A stretch of DNA of 64,000 nucleotides from Peptococcaceae bacterium (GCA_012520405.1 JAAYOJ010000144.1:5641-69640); one strand, 5' to 3'. Shown: positions 37,607 to 46,404, counted from the first letter of the stretch. The notes: generated by a model from the sequence alone, not told the origin. Program-made: numbers and translations.

Positions 37607-38716
37607 TTAATGATGCCTTCCTGAGACAGTGGACATATTCCTTTCCGCCAAATTAAGAACCCGTTTTAAGATTTCTTCAGATTTATCATCGGCCGCGGCA
37701 AAATTCATGTTAGGAATATAATAATTTTCCAGAACATCGTGCTCGGCTTTTGCCTGGCGGATATTGCTAATTCCCATACTAATTAATTCTGTTAACAGGG
37801 CATTATCCTTTTCTATAACTTCTTTATAAGCTTCAATAACTTTTCTATTTAAAAACTGATTAAGGTCAATAGCCTCTTCATGCCTATTTTTAAAGCTTTT
37901 ACTGGTAGTTAAGGCCATATTTAAATCTTTAATGAAGATCGTTCCTATTTTGCTGGGTATGAGAGGAGTATGATAGATCTCAACATCCAGCCCTTTCTCT
38001 ATAGCGCTGGCAGCGATTTTGCTCATGAGGGTGGTTTTCCCTGTGCCCATCCAACCCTCAATATAATAAACTTTAACCGAATCTTGTAAAATTGAATCCG
38101 TATGATCTATAAATCCTTCCGGGGTGTAAGCACAAGAGAATAAGTGCCTCTCTTTGCCAATTCTTCCTTTATGGTATGTATCATTCAGGATATCTTGAAA
38201 TATTCCTGCAATCCTGTTTACCCCGACATAATTCATACTCATTTGATAAACCGCTGATATGTTATCGGCAATAAATCTTGCAGCTTTAAGATAAGAATAA
38301 GCCCTTGCAAAACAGCGGCTGACTTGTTTGGTACAGCTAATAATTTTTTCTCGATTATTTTGCATGTTATCAAGATCCCAAAACTCACCTAAATTTATGA
38401 TTTCGTCTAACCCACCGGGATATTGGGGATCAATTATGTGAGGAGCTGTACCATCAACCATAACAATACCAAGCTGCTCAATGGCAATACCGTCTACAGA
38501 ATTGCTATCAGATGAACAGTAGTGAAATTCAACATCATACCCTTGCTCAACCATTTTCTTACCGACTTTTTTCATAAGTGTAGACTTTCCTACCCCGGGG
38601 CCGCCTTTAATAACAAAGGTTCTATTTGTCCCCTTATCCAGTAAAAAAGGATAATAGGAATAAAAGCCCTCGGAAGTATTACCGCCGGGAAACATTTTTC
38701 TTATGCGTCCTGTCAT
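37607..38716 (-). CDS. conserved hypothetical ATPase with two P-loop halves
   Basis: Walker A motifs GGPGVGKST (aa 38-46) and GWMGTGKTT (aa ~222-230). The N-terminus FPGGNTSEGFYSYY is typical of an uncharacterised ATPase family of spore-forming Firmicutes. Confidence 0.7.
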   Translation of the reverse strand: MTGRIRKMFPGGNTSEGFYSYYPFLLDKGTNRTFVIKGGPGVGKSTLMKKVGKKMVEQGYDVEFHYCSSDSNSVDGIAIEQLGIVMVDGTAPHIIDPQYPGGLDEIINLGEFWDLDNMQNNREKIISCTKQVSRCFARAYSYLKAARFIADNISAVYQMSMNYVGVNRIAGIFQDILNDTYHKGRIGKERHLFSCAYTPEGFIDHTDSILQDSVKVYYIEGWMGTGKTTLMSKIAASAIEKGLDVEIYHTPLIPSKIGTIFIKDLNMALTTSKSFKNRHEEAIDLNQFLNRKVIEAYKEVIEKDNALLTELISMGISNIRQAKAEHDVLENYYIPNMNFAAADDKSEEILKRVLNLAERNMSTVSGRHH

Positions 38717-38880
38717 TTACTACACCTCGCCATTTTTTTAGGTTCATGTTAGTTTATTATTAGAGGAAAGGGTTTGGTGCGTGAATTATTAATAATTTGT
38801 TAATGTTTTATTTAGAAGAAATCAAGATTTTCTCCCTAAACTATAGATAGGGATTATAATTTGGAGGAGATGAATAGATA

Positions 38881-40155
38881 ATGAAGTTAAAAAAGAAGCC
38901 CGTATTGCTTATCGCTTTTACCTTGGGTGCTTTATTGTTTGCAACCACCGCTCTGGCTGATATTGCCCATAAAGATGGCTATGAACAGCTCAAGGACGGC
39001 ATAAAATTAACTGCAGCCAGCTGCAGTTCTCAACTGGATAGTTTCACTATGGAAATGAATTTTGCCTTTAAACAAAATGGGCAGCTACTTAGTGCGGAAA
39101 GTGAGACTAAAAAATATGATAACATCAGGCAAGCTGTAGAGAGCACTTCCTCCCGGGAAAACCTTTCTAGCGAGCCTATCTCTACCTTTTATTACAGCGA
39201 TCCAACAACAGACATTCGGTATTATCCCCATAGCGACGATACTTATTATGTCACGGAGTATAATAAAAGCAGGGATAATCCAGCCACTTTTCAAAATCCA
39301 TTTGAAGAAGAAGTGGCCGTTGATGTAGAACGAATTTTTGACGCTTTGATCGGTAGTTTAAGGGATCATGTTGTGGTTACGGAAAATGCTGACGGCAGCA
39401 AGGAATTCTCTGGTTCCCTCTCTGAGGTACAAATTCCCGCCCTCATTAACGCCCTTGTTTCTCTGGAAATGAAACAGCTATTTCGCGGCCAGCCTTATCC
39501 TTATGGCCAGGGTGGGCAAATGCCTGATTTAGTGCAAGATGTTTATATTAAAGAGATAAACGGTTCGGCTCTAATTAATGCAGACGGCTTGTTAGAAAGA
39601 ATTTTAGGTACCGCCGTGATTTCCGGCCAGGATAGTCAAGGAATTAAGCATGAACTAACAACTGATATTTTGATAGAACTAAAAGACATTAACAAAACAA
39701 CAGTGGTTAAGCCGGATCTGAGCGGCAAAGACGTGGTTATAGAACAAGGGCAAACTATTTCGGACAAATTTGGCATCACTAATCCCCAAAAGTTTATAGG
39801 ACATTATAAAAATGATATTATTATAGAAGAAGGAGATAAGTTCGTAAAGATCGGCGAAAGACATCTGGAGATTGTCCATTTAGACCAGTCCTCAATAACA
39901 GGCAGATATGAGGAACATTATAAGCCGGGCTATGAGCAATATGCGGCCCATAAACTGGATTTTACCTTTGAGGCTGCGTGGGAAAACAATCATCGGGATA
40001 GTCAATTTACCTATACTACTTCTTCAGGCGCTAAAGGAAACGGGAATATCTATCTCGATGATTATAACGCTAAGATTAACTTCTGGCTGAATAATCCCTC
40101 CTTTACATCGGGAACAGTTAAATACGATTCCGTATTTAACCCCGTTTTAGATTAG
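38881..40155 (+). CDS. secreted protein of unknown function
   Basis: Sec signal MKLKKKPVLLIAFTLGALLFATTALA/DIA with no lipobox Cys. 424 aa. No motif recognised. GGAGGAG RBS. Confidence 0.75.
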   Translation: MKLKKKPVLLIAFTLGALLFATTALADIAHKDGYEQLKDGIKLTAASCSSQLDSFTMEMNFAFKQNGQLLSAESETKKYDNIRQAVESTSSRENLSSEPISTFYYSDPTTDIRYYPHSDDTYYVTEYNKSRDNPATFQNPFEEEVAVDVERIFDALIGSLRDHVVVTENADGSKEFSGSLSEVQIPALINALVSLEMKQLFRGQPYPYGQGGQMPDLVQDVYIKEINGSALINADGLLERILGTAVISGQDSQGIKHELTTDILIELKDINKTTVVKPDLSGKDVVIEQGQTISDKFGITNPQKFIGHYKNDIIIEEGDKFVKIGERHLEIVHLDQSSITGRYEEHYKPGYEQYAAHKLDFTFEAAWENNHRDSQFTYTTSSGAKGNGNIYLDDYNAKINFWLNNPSFTSGTVKYDSVFNPVLD

Positions 40156-40193
40156 CTTAACCTAGGAAAACCAATCAAGTTTTTATAGGGCCG

Positions 40194-40220
40194 TCTAGCT
40201 GCTTTTCTTAAGCAGCTAGA
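40194..40220 (+). terminator. intercistronic hairpin between the secreted-protein gene and the ABC ATPase gene (possible partial terminator)
   Basis: Perfect 9-bp stem TCTAGCTGC/GCAGCTAGA with a 9-nt loop, followed by UGCUCUUAUAUUCUU. Confidence 0.45.
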
Positions 40221-40249
40221 TGCTCTTATATTCTTACGGAGGCCTAACA

Positions 40250-41002
40250 ATGATCAATTCTTGTAAAGCTATAGAGATCATCAACTTAACGAAGTTATAT
40301 GCCAATGGCAGGGGAATTAACGATCTTAGCCTAGAAATTAATCCAGGTGAGATTTTCGGCTTTCTCGGTCCTAACGGAGCAGGCAAAACTACGGCCATGA
40401 AAGCGATGACCGGATTGATTAAACCGGATCGCGGTGATGTCAAAATATTCGGTTATAGCATAAGAGATCAGTATGAACTGGCTATGTCCGAGGTTGGCTG
40501 TTTGATTGAAACGGCGGAATCCTATCCTTTCTTAAGTGCTTGGGACAATCTCAAGTTACAGGCCCGCTATTATCCGAAGGTGGATACTAAGAGAATTGAA
40601 GAAGTCCTGGAAATAACCGGTATGCTGAAATTCAAAGATGAAAAACCACGTCGGTTTTCTTTAGGAATGAAGCAGCGGCTCGGTTTAGCCGCTGCCATCC
40701 TGTCAAAACCAAAGATACTTATCTTAGATGAGCCTTTAAACGGGCTTGACGTTGAAGGAATGATCGAAATGCGCAACTTGATAAAAAGTTTAGCCGAAAA
40801 TGAGTCTACAACTTTCTTTATTTCCAGCCACTTAATTCATGATGTGGAGCTCACCTGCACCCGCATCGGGGTAATCTATGACGGCATTATTCTAAATGTT
40901 GATTCAACGCAAAATATTTTACAAAATTACGCTACTGTAGAAAACTATTTTGTAAGCGAGGTAGAAAGAAATGGCCGCATTTCAAGCAGCATTCCTCAAT
41001 GA
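40250..41002 (+). CDS. ABC transporter ATP-binding protein (ABC-2 exporter type)
   Basis: GPNGAGKTT, FSLGMKQRL and ILILDEP motifs. Start set to ATG 40250, 7 nt after GGAGG (the ORF-track start is 40220). Confidence 0.92.
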   Translation: MINSCKAIEIINLTKLYANGRGINDLSLEINPGEIFGFLGPNGAGKTTAMKAMTGLIKPDRGDVKIFGYSIRDQYELAMSEVGCLIETAESYPFLSAWDNLKLQARYYPKVDTKRIEEVLEITGMLKFKDEKPRRFSLGMKQRLGLAAAILSKPKILILDEPLNGLDVEGMIEMRNLIKSLAENESTTFFISSHLIHDVELTCTRIGVIYDGIILNVDSTQNILQNYATVENYFVSEVERNGRISSSIPQ

Positions 41003-41723
41003 ATTAGAAAAACTCTATAAAAAACGTAAGTTTTCAGTGGCCTTAGTGATTTCCATCCTAGTCATTATTGTCGGACAATTAGTTATCCTCGGCGTCAGAA
41101 GTGGTTTCGGTCTGAGAGGGGTTGGCAGTCTGGAATTTCCCGTCCTGGTTTTATCAATTGTTATCAATACAATCCTACCCTTATTTACCGCTTTAGTAAC
41201 TATAGATTGCTTTTCCGGTGAATTTACCCGTAACCTGATGCGCATTACGCTCACTAGGCCCGTAAGCCGCTTTAAGATATTTACAGCTAAAGTAGCGGCT
41301 ATTTGTTCCTTTATTGTCGCCAACCTTTTATTGTTGTTTTTATTGTCTGCGTTGGCTGGTTTTTTATTCAATGCCAACTCGGCAACTTTTGCTTCTTGGT
41401 CCAGGATCTTGCTGGCCTACCTGGTAAGTGCTTTGCCCCTCTTTGTTCTGGCCCTGCTGCTTATTCTTTTAGCCAATATTATTAAAAACAGTACTTCTGT
41501 ATTTTTTGCCTCGGTCATTCTATTTTTAGCCATGAAGGCGGCAGGAGTGCTGTTATCTCAATACGCAGGACTTTTAATGACCACTCATTTAGATTGGTAC
41601 AAACTTTGGCTGGCAGACACATGGCCCTGGGATAAAATTTTGCGCCAATTTTGCCTTATGCTTGGCTATGGTATAATGTTATTTACAGCCGGCTTTTATT
41701 TGTTTGATAAAAGAGATTACTAA
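40971..41723 (+). CDS. ABC-2 family transporter permease
   Basis: 250 aa with about 6 TM helices. Overlaps the ATPase gene by 32 nt. Confidence 0.85.
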   Translation: MAAFQAAFLNELEKLYKKRKFSVALVISILVIIVGQLVILGVRSGFGLRGVGSLEFPVLVLSIVINTILPLFTALVTIDCFSGEFTRNLMRITLTRPVSRFKIFTAKVAAICSFIVANLLLLFLLSALAGFLFNANSATFASWSRILLAYLVSALPLFVLALLLILLANIIKNSTSVFFASVILFLAMKAAGVLLSQYAGLLMTTHLDWYKLWLADTWPWDKILRQFCLMLGYGIMLFTAGFYLFDKRDY

Positions 41724-41739
41724 AAAGAGTGATTCTATC

Positions 41740-43185
41740 ATGGATCTAAAAAAACGTTTTCTATTGGCCAACGCAATTACAGTGATCATCCCTGTGATTA
41801 TCACTATTCTTATTACGTTGGCCGCTCTATTTATTGACAGCAAAATTACCACTGCAAATTTTTCCTTGGAAAATTACCAGAAACTTCTCGAGCTAAAATA
41901 TGACCTGGCTGAGGGTTTGGACGGTGTTTTGCCCAACCCTCAAATCATTGAAGACAAAGGGTTTCAGACTGCTCTCCAAGGTAAATTAGCTGCCATCCGA
42001 GGAGAAGTTATTATTTTAAAGGATGAGCAAGTAATATTCTCCTCGCGCCATTTTTCTAAAATCGATATTGCTAAATGTCTGGATTCCGCTCAACGACCGT
42101 CAGGAAAAGAGCTGCTTACTTTTGGTGATTTATCTTACACCCCTGAACTAATAACCCTTAGCTTCGCTGACGGGGCCAAGGGTCAGATAATCCTGCTGGC
42201 TCCGATTGATTGGTCCCAAAGAGATGTAGCGCGCTTTTTGATGATAATGGCCGTCACTTTTCTTCTCTCCTTCCTCCTAACCAATTTCATAGTTTCCCGC
42301 CAGTATTCCAAAATGATTGTCACTCCTCTTCATAACCTGCAGCAGGCAGCCGCTGAAATCAGTAAGGGAAATCTCGACTATCAAATTGCTGAAGAAGGAG
42401 ATCGGGAAATTCTGGCCTTATGCCGAGACCTGGAATTAATGCGTCTTAAACTTAAGGAATCTATCTATACCCAACTTAAATACGAAGATAACCGCAAAAT
42501 GTTAGTCTCAAGCATTTCCCACGATCTTAAAACGCCGGTGACCACCATTAAAGGTTATGTTGAAGGCATAATGGATGGAGTTGCTCAAACCCCGGAAAAA
42601 ATAACTAAGTATCTCCAAACCATTTACTTAAAAGCCGGACAAATTGATAGAATGATAGATGACCTTTTACTATACGCAAAATTAGATTTAAACCAATTGC
42701 CCTTTGATTTTGCCCAGACGGATATAGCTGCCTATGTTGAGGAATTCTTGAAACAATGTGAAGCTGATTTGGAGTACAACCAAGTCAATTTAACTTTTGT
42801 TAACACGCTGCCTAAGCCATGTTTCGTGCAGATTGACCAAGATAGAATGAGAAGGGTGCTAACTAATATCCTGGATAACTGTCTAAAATATATGAACAAA
42901 GATTACCGGGAAATCAAAGTCCTCTTAAGGGAGACCAGGCCGAGCATTACACTAGAAATCCGCGATAACGGTTCAGGGATGCGCAAGGAGGATATTCCCT
43001 ATATTTTTGACCGCTTTTTTCGCGCTGATGTCTCCCGGGGAACAACAAAGGGCAGTGGTTTGGGCTTGGCCATAGCAAAACAGATAGTTGAGGGACACCA
43101 GGGAAGAATATGGGCTATTGCCCATGAAGCGGAAGGTACCAGCATAATAATTTCCCTGCCCAAATATGGTGGAGGAATAACATGA
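41740..43185 (+). CDS. sensor histidine kinase (extracytoplasmic loop, HAMP, HisKA, HATPase_c)
   Basis: TM1, a loop of about 150 aa, TM2, the H-box SHDLKTP, and N/G boxes (DNCLKY, DNGSGM, GSGLGLAI). ATG 41740 preferred over TTG 41704. Confidence 0.9.
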   Translation: MDLKKRFLLANAITVIIPVIITILITLAALFIDSKITTANFSLENYQKLLELKYDLAEGLDGVLPNPQIIEDKGFQTALQGKLAAIRGEVIILKDEQVIFSSRHFSKIDIAKCLDSAQRPSGKELLTFGDLSYTPELITLSFADGAKGQIILLAPIDWSQRDVARFLMIMAVTFLLSFLLTNFIVSRQYSKMIVTPLHNLQQAAAEISKGNLDYQIAEEGDREILALCRDLELMRLKLKESIYTQLKYEDNRKMLVSSISHDLKTPVTTIKGYVEGIMDGVAQTPEKITKYLQTIYLKAGQIDRMIDDLLLYAKLDLNQLPFDFAQTDIAAYVEEFLKQCEADLEYNQVNLTFVNTLPKPCFVQIDQDRMRRVLTNILDNCLKYMNKDYREIKVLLRETRPSITLEIRDNGSGMRKEDIPYIFDRFFRADVSRGTTKGSGLGLAIAKQIVEGHQGRIWAIAHEAEGTSIIISLPKYGGGIT

Positions 43186-43880
43186 AAAAAATTTTAATTA
43201 TTGAAGATGATGTGAGCATCGCCGAGTTACAGAAGGACTACTTGGAAGTAGCGGGATTTGACGTCCAAATATGCACCGACGGCCAAGAAGGAGAATCTCT
43301 TCTGCGTCAAACCAAATTCGATTTATTAATTCTGGATATCATGCTCCCAGGAAAAGATGGCTTGCAAATCCTGCGAGGTCTGCAAGAAGGAAAAGAGATC
43401 CCAGTACTTCTGGTTTCAGCCAAGAAAGAAGAAATAGACAAAATTAAAGGATTTAGTCTGGGGGCTGATGATTATATTACGAAACCTTTCAGTCCCGGGG
43501 AATTGGTGGCCAGAGTGAAGGCTCATCTGGAAAATTACGAACGCTTAAGAGAACGATTCAGTCAACAGGAAAAAATCAAAAATGAGTTTACTATTAGGGG
43601 CTTAAAAATCGATAAAGATGCCCGTCGAGTATATATCAATAATCAAGAAATTATCTTGACCCAAAAAGAATTTGAATTGCTTTTATATTTAGCTTCTCAT
43701 CCCAACAGAGTTTTTAACAGAGAGGAATTATTTGAGAAGATTTGGGGACTGGATTCTTTAGGAGCCGCCTCAACCGTAACTGTGCATATAGCCAGGATAC
43801 GTGAGAAAATAGAAGGCGGCTCTTTAGACCCTCAATATATAGAGACTGTATGGGGTGCGGGTTATAGGTTTAGGGTTTAA
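43182..43880 (+). CDS. OmpR-family response regulator
   Basis: Receiver domain (DLLILDIMLPGKDG) plus a winged-helix tail (TVWGAGYRF). ATGA overlap with the kinase gene. Confidence 0.95.
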   Translation: MKKILIIEDDVSIAELQKDYLEVAGFDVQICTDGQEGESLLRQTKFDLLILDIMLPGKDGLQILRGLQEGKEIPVLLVSAKKEEIDKIKGFSLGADDYITKPFSPGELVARVKAHLENYERLRERFSQQEKIKNEFTIRGLKIDKDARRVYINNQEIILTQKEFELLLYLASHPNRVFNREELFEKIWGLDSLGAASTVTVHIARIREKIEGGSLDPQYIETVWGAGYRFRV

Positions 43881-44002
43881 ATGTCAGCAGCATTCGTCAA
43901 AAACATAGATTATACTCTGAACTACTGGGCCATTGGGCAATAATCGACTTTTTTCATGTATAATTTCATGCAAATTGCCATTGAGATTATACAGCAAAAC
44001 TA

Positions 44003-44031
44003 TTGCAATCTTAACCTCAACCTTTTATAAT
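44003..44031 (+). promoter_or_regulatory. sigma-A-type promoter upstream of the solitary antitoxin gene
   Basis: TTGCAA (44003-44008) - 17 nt - TATAAT (44026-44031). A second extended -10, TGTATAAT, is at 43957-43964. Confidence 0.55.
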
Positions 44032-44097
44032 CTAGATAGTAATTGGCCTTGCTTTGTTACGATAATGAACCCTTTTTATGTATTTCAGGAGGTTAAA

Positions 44098-44436
44098 ATG
44101 GATCTTCGTACTGTATTTAATTGTATGATTTCGGTTTCCGAATTAGGGCGAGGACAAGCCTCTAAAGTAATTCAAGCTGTTGAAGATCAAGGAACCCCCT
44201 ATATTGTTATTAAGAATAATAAACCTCAAGCTGTTATTGTTTCTATCCACGAATATATCGAACTCATGAAAGCCAAGGATATGGTGAACTCTCTAGCCGT
44301 CCCCGCTCCCAGTGAACTACACCATAGTTTGCCTGTAGATAACGGCTTTTCCTCCAGCCCCGGCTATGCCGGTCAGAGATCAAGCTCTCTAACTGCAGAT
44401 GAAATCAATATTTTTCTCCAGGAAGAAAATGATTAA
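44098..44436 (+). CDS. Phd/YefM-type antitoxin domain protein (solitary)
   Basis: ISVSELGRGQASKVIQAVEDQGTPYIVIKNNKPQAVIVSIHEYIELMKAKD matches the Phd/YefM pattern. AGGAGG lies 6 nt before ATG 44098. The ORF-track 5' extension (43933) has no RBS. Confidence 0.65.
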   Translation: MDLRTVFNCMISVSELGRGQASKVIQAVEDQGTPYIVIKNNKPQAVIVSIHEYIELMKAKDMVNSLAVPAPSELHHSLPVDNGFSSSPGYAGQRSSSLTADEINIFLQEEND

Positions 44437-44475
44437 TCTTAAATCCTGGGATATGTTTACAAATTAATCAAAAGG

Positions 44476-44501
44476 ACTATCATTTAATTGATAGTTTTTT
44501 T
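44476..44501 (+). terminator. terminator downstream of the antitoxin gene
   Basis: 7-bp AT-rich stem ACTATCA/TGATAGT with a 6-nt loop, followed by a T7 run. Confidence 0.45.
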
Positions 44502-44561
44502 GTTTTTGCTCAAAATATTTTTTTATATCCCAGCTTTTACTTAATATGGACATGTTTTCGC

Positions 44562-44591
44562 TTGAACTGAATTCCATGTTCATAATATAAT
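44562..44591 (+). promoter_or_regulatory. sigma-A-type promoter upstream of iorAB
   Basis: TTGAAC (44562-44567) - 18 nt - TATAAT (44586-44591), about 35 nt before the iorA ATG. Confidence 0.5.
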
Positions 44592-44625
44592 TATCGAAGA
44601 TGTTCAATTTAGAAAGGATGCCTCT

Positions 44626-46404
44626 ATGCTTATGAAAAAACTTCTTACAGGAAATGAAGCAATAGCCCGCGGCGCCTGGGAAGCAGGCGTAACTGTCTGC
44701 ACTGCATACCCCGGAACCCCTAGTACGGAAATAACGGAAAATGCTGCCCTGTACAATGAAATATATGCTGAATGGTCACCTAACGAAAAGGTAGCTTTGG
44801 AAGTAGGCCTAGGCGCAGCAATCGGAGGCGCCAGGGCTTTAGTCGCCATGAAACATGTTGGTGTTAATGTGGCGGCGGACCCGTTGTTTACTTTGTCCTA
44901 TACAGGAATCAATGCCGGTTTAGTATTAGTTTCAGCCGATGATCCAGGAATGCACAGCTCCCAAAATGAACAGGATAACCGTCATTTTGGTAAAGCCGCT
45001 AAGATTCCTATCTTAGAACCTTCTGACAGCCAGGAAGCAAAAGAATTTACCAAAATAGCCTTTGAGCTTAGCGAAGCTTTTGATACACCGGTCATTCTAA
45101 GAATAACTACCAGAGTGGCTCATTCCCAGTCCTTAGTAGATCTTGAGCCCCGGCAGGAAATACCTTTACGCAAGTACGAAAAAAATATTCAAAAATACGT
45201 AATGATGCCTGGTTTTGCTCGACCCCGCCATAGGGTAGTAGAAAACAGATTAGAAAAGCTCAAGGAGTATGCCGAAACCTTCCCCTTTAACCGTATGGAA
45301 TTAAGACGACCTGAAATCGGCATTATTGCCAGCGGCGTTGTTTATCAATATGTCAGAGAAGTCCTGCCTGATGCTTCTACTCTGAAGTTGGCCCTGACTT
45401 ATCCTTTGCCCAGAAAACTTCTTGAGGAATTTGCAAGTAAGGTCGAAAGGCTTTTTGTTATTGAAGAACTGGATCCTTTTATTGAAGAGCAGCTTAAAGC
45501 TTGGGGAATAGAAGTTCACGGTAAAGATACTTTCCCCATAGTTGGCGAAATTCTGCCAGAGACAATCAGGCAAAAACTTGGGCCCTTATTCAACGAAGAA
45601 AGCCCAACGGCTAAAGTACAAGATTCTTGTGTTAGTTTTCCCAATATTCCGGTCCGACCGCCCGTTATGTGTCCAGGTTGCCCCCATCGCGGAGTATTTT
45701 ATGTCTTGCAAAAATTAAAACTCACTGTCACCGGCGATATAGGGTGTTATACCCTGGGCGCTCAAGCTCCGCTCAGCGCTATAGACACAACAATATGCAT
45801 GGGAGCCAGCATAGGTGCCGCCATCGGCATGGAAAAAGCCCGCGGTAAGGAATTTGCCCGCCGGCTTGTTGCTGTCATCGGAGATTCTACCTTTATTCAT
45901 TCCGGAATTACGGGTCTAATAGATGCGGTTTACAATAAAGCCACCACTACCATAATTATTCTGGATAACCGCACTACAGCCATGACCGGTCATCAGGATA
46001 ATCCGGTTAATGGCCGGACTATTAAAGGAGAGACCACCAAAGAAGTTAATCTTCCTCTATTGTGTAAGGCGGCGGGGGTTAACAGGGTGGTAGAGGTTGA
46101 TCCCTTTGACTTGGCTAAGCTGGAAACAATCGTCAAAGAAGAGCTTGCAGCCGAAGAACCTTCGGTGATTATTTCCAAGCGCCAATGTGCCCTGCTGGTC
46201 AAAAATTTTGATACTCCGTGCCAAGTTATAACGGAAGAATGCATCGGCTGTCTGCGTTGTATGAAAATTGGCTGCCCTTGTATTATAAAAGAAGGCAAGA
46301 AAGTTAGAATTAACGCCACGCAATGTGTAGGCTGTAATCTTTGCGCATATGTTTGCCCCAGTGGCGCTATCAGAAAGGAAGGTGCCGCTAATGGGTCAAA
46401 CTAA
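44626..46404 (+). CDS. iorA: indolepyruvate:ferredoxin oxidoreductase, alpha subunit
   Basis: 592 aa with a TPP-binding fold (GDSTFIHSG) and a C-terminal 2x[4Fe-4S] segment (CIGCLRC...CVGCNLCAYVCP). Confidence 0.88.
   Translation: MLMKKLLTGNEAIARGAWEAGVTVCTAYPGTPSTEITENAALYNEIYAEWSPNEKVALEVGLGAAIGGARALVAMKHVGVNVAADPLFTLSYTGINAGLVLVSADDPGMHSSQNEQDNRHFGKAAKIPILEPSDSQEAKEFTKIAFELSEAFDTPVILRITTRVAHSQSLVDLEPRQEIPLRKYEKNIQKYVMMPGFARPRHRVVENRLEKLKEYAETFPFNRMELRRPEIGIIASGVVYQYVREVLPDASTLKLALTYPLPRKLLEEFASKVERLFVIEELDPFIEEQLKAWGIEVHGKDTFPIVGEILPETIRQKLGPLFNEESPTAKVQDSCVSFPNIPVRPPVMCPGCPHRGVFYVLQKLKLTVTGDIGCYTLGAQAPLSAIDTTICMGASIGAAIGMEKARGKEFARRLVAVIGDSTFIHSGITGLIDAVYNKATTTIIILDNRTTAMTGHQDNPVNGRTIKGETTKEVNLPLLCKAAGVNRVVEVDPFDLAKLETIVKEELAAEEPSVIISKRQCALLVKNFDTPCQVITEECIGCLRCMKIGCPCIIKEGKKVRINATQCVGCNLCAYVCPSGAIRKEGAANGSN

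Noticed and set aside
43933-44097. 55-codon in-frame N-terminal extension of the antitoxin ORF (the track starts it at 43933).
   Set aside because: The TTG start has no RBS and the extension runs through two promoter-like elements. ATG 44098 has a perfect AGGAGG, and the Phd/YefM domain begins right there.
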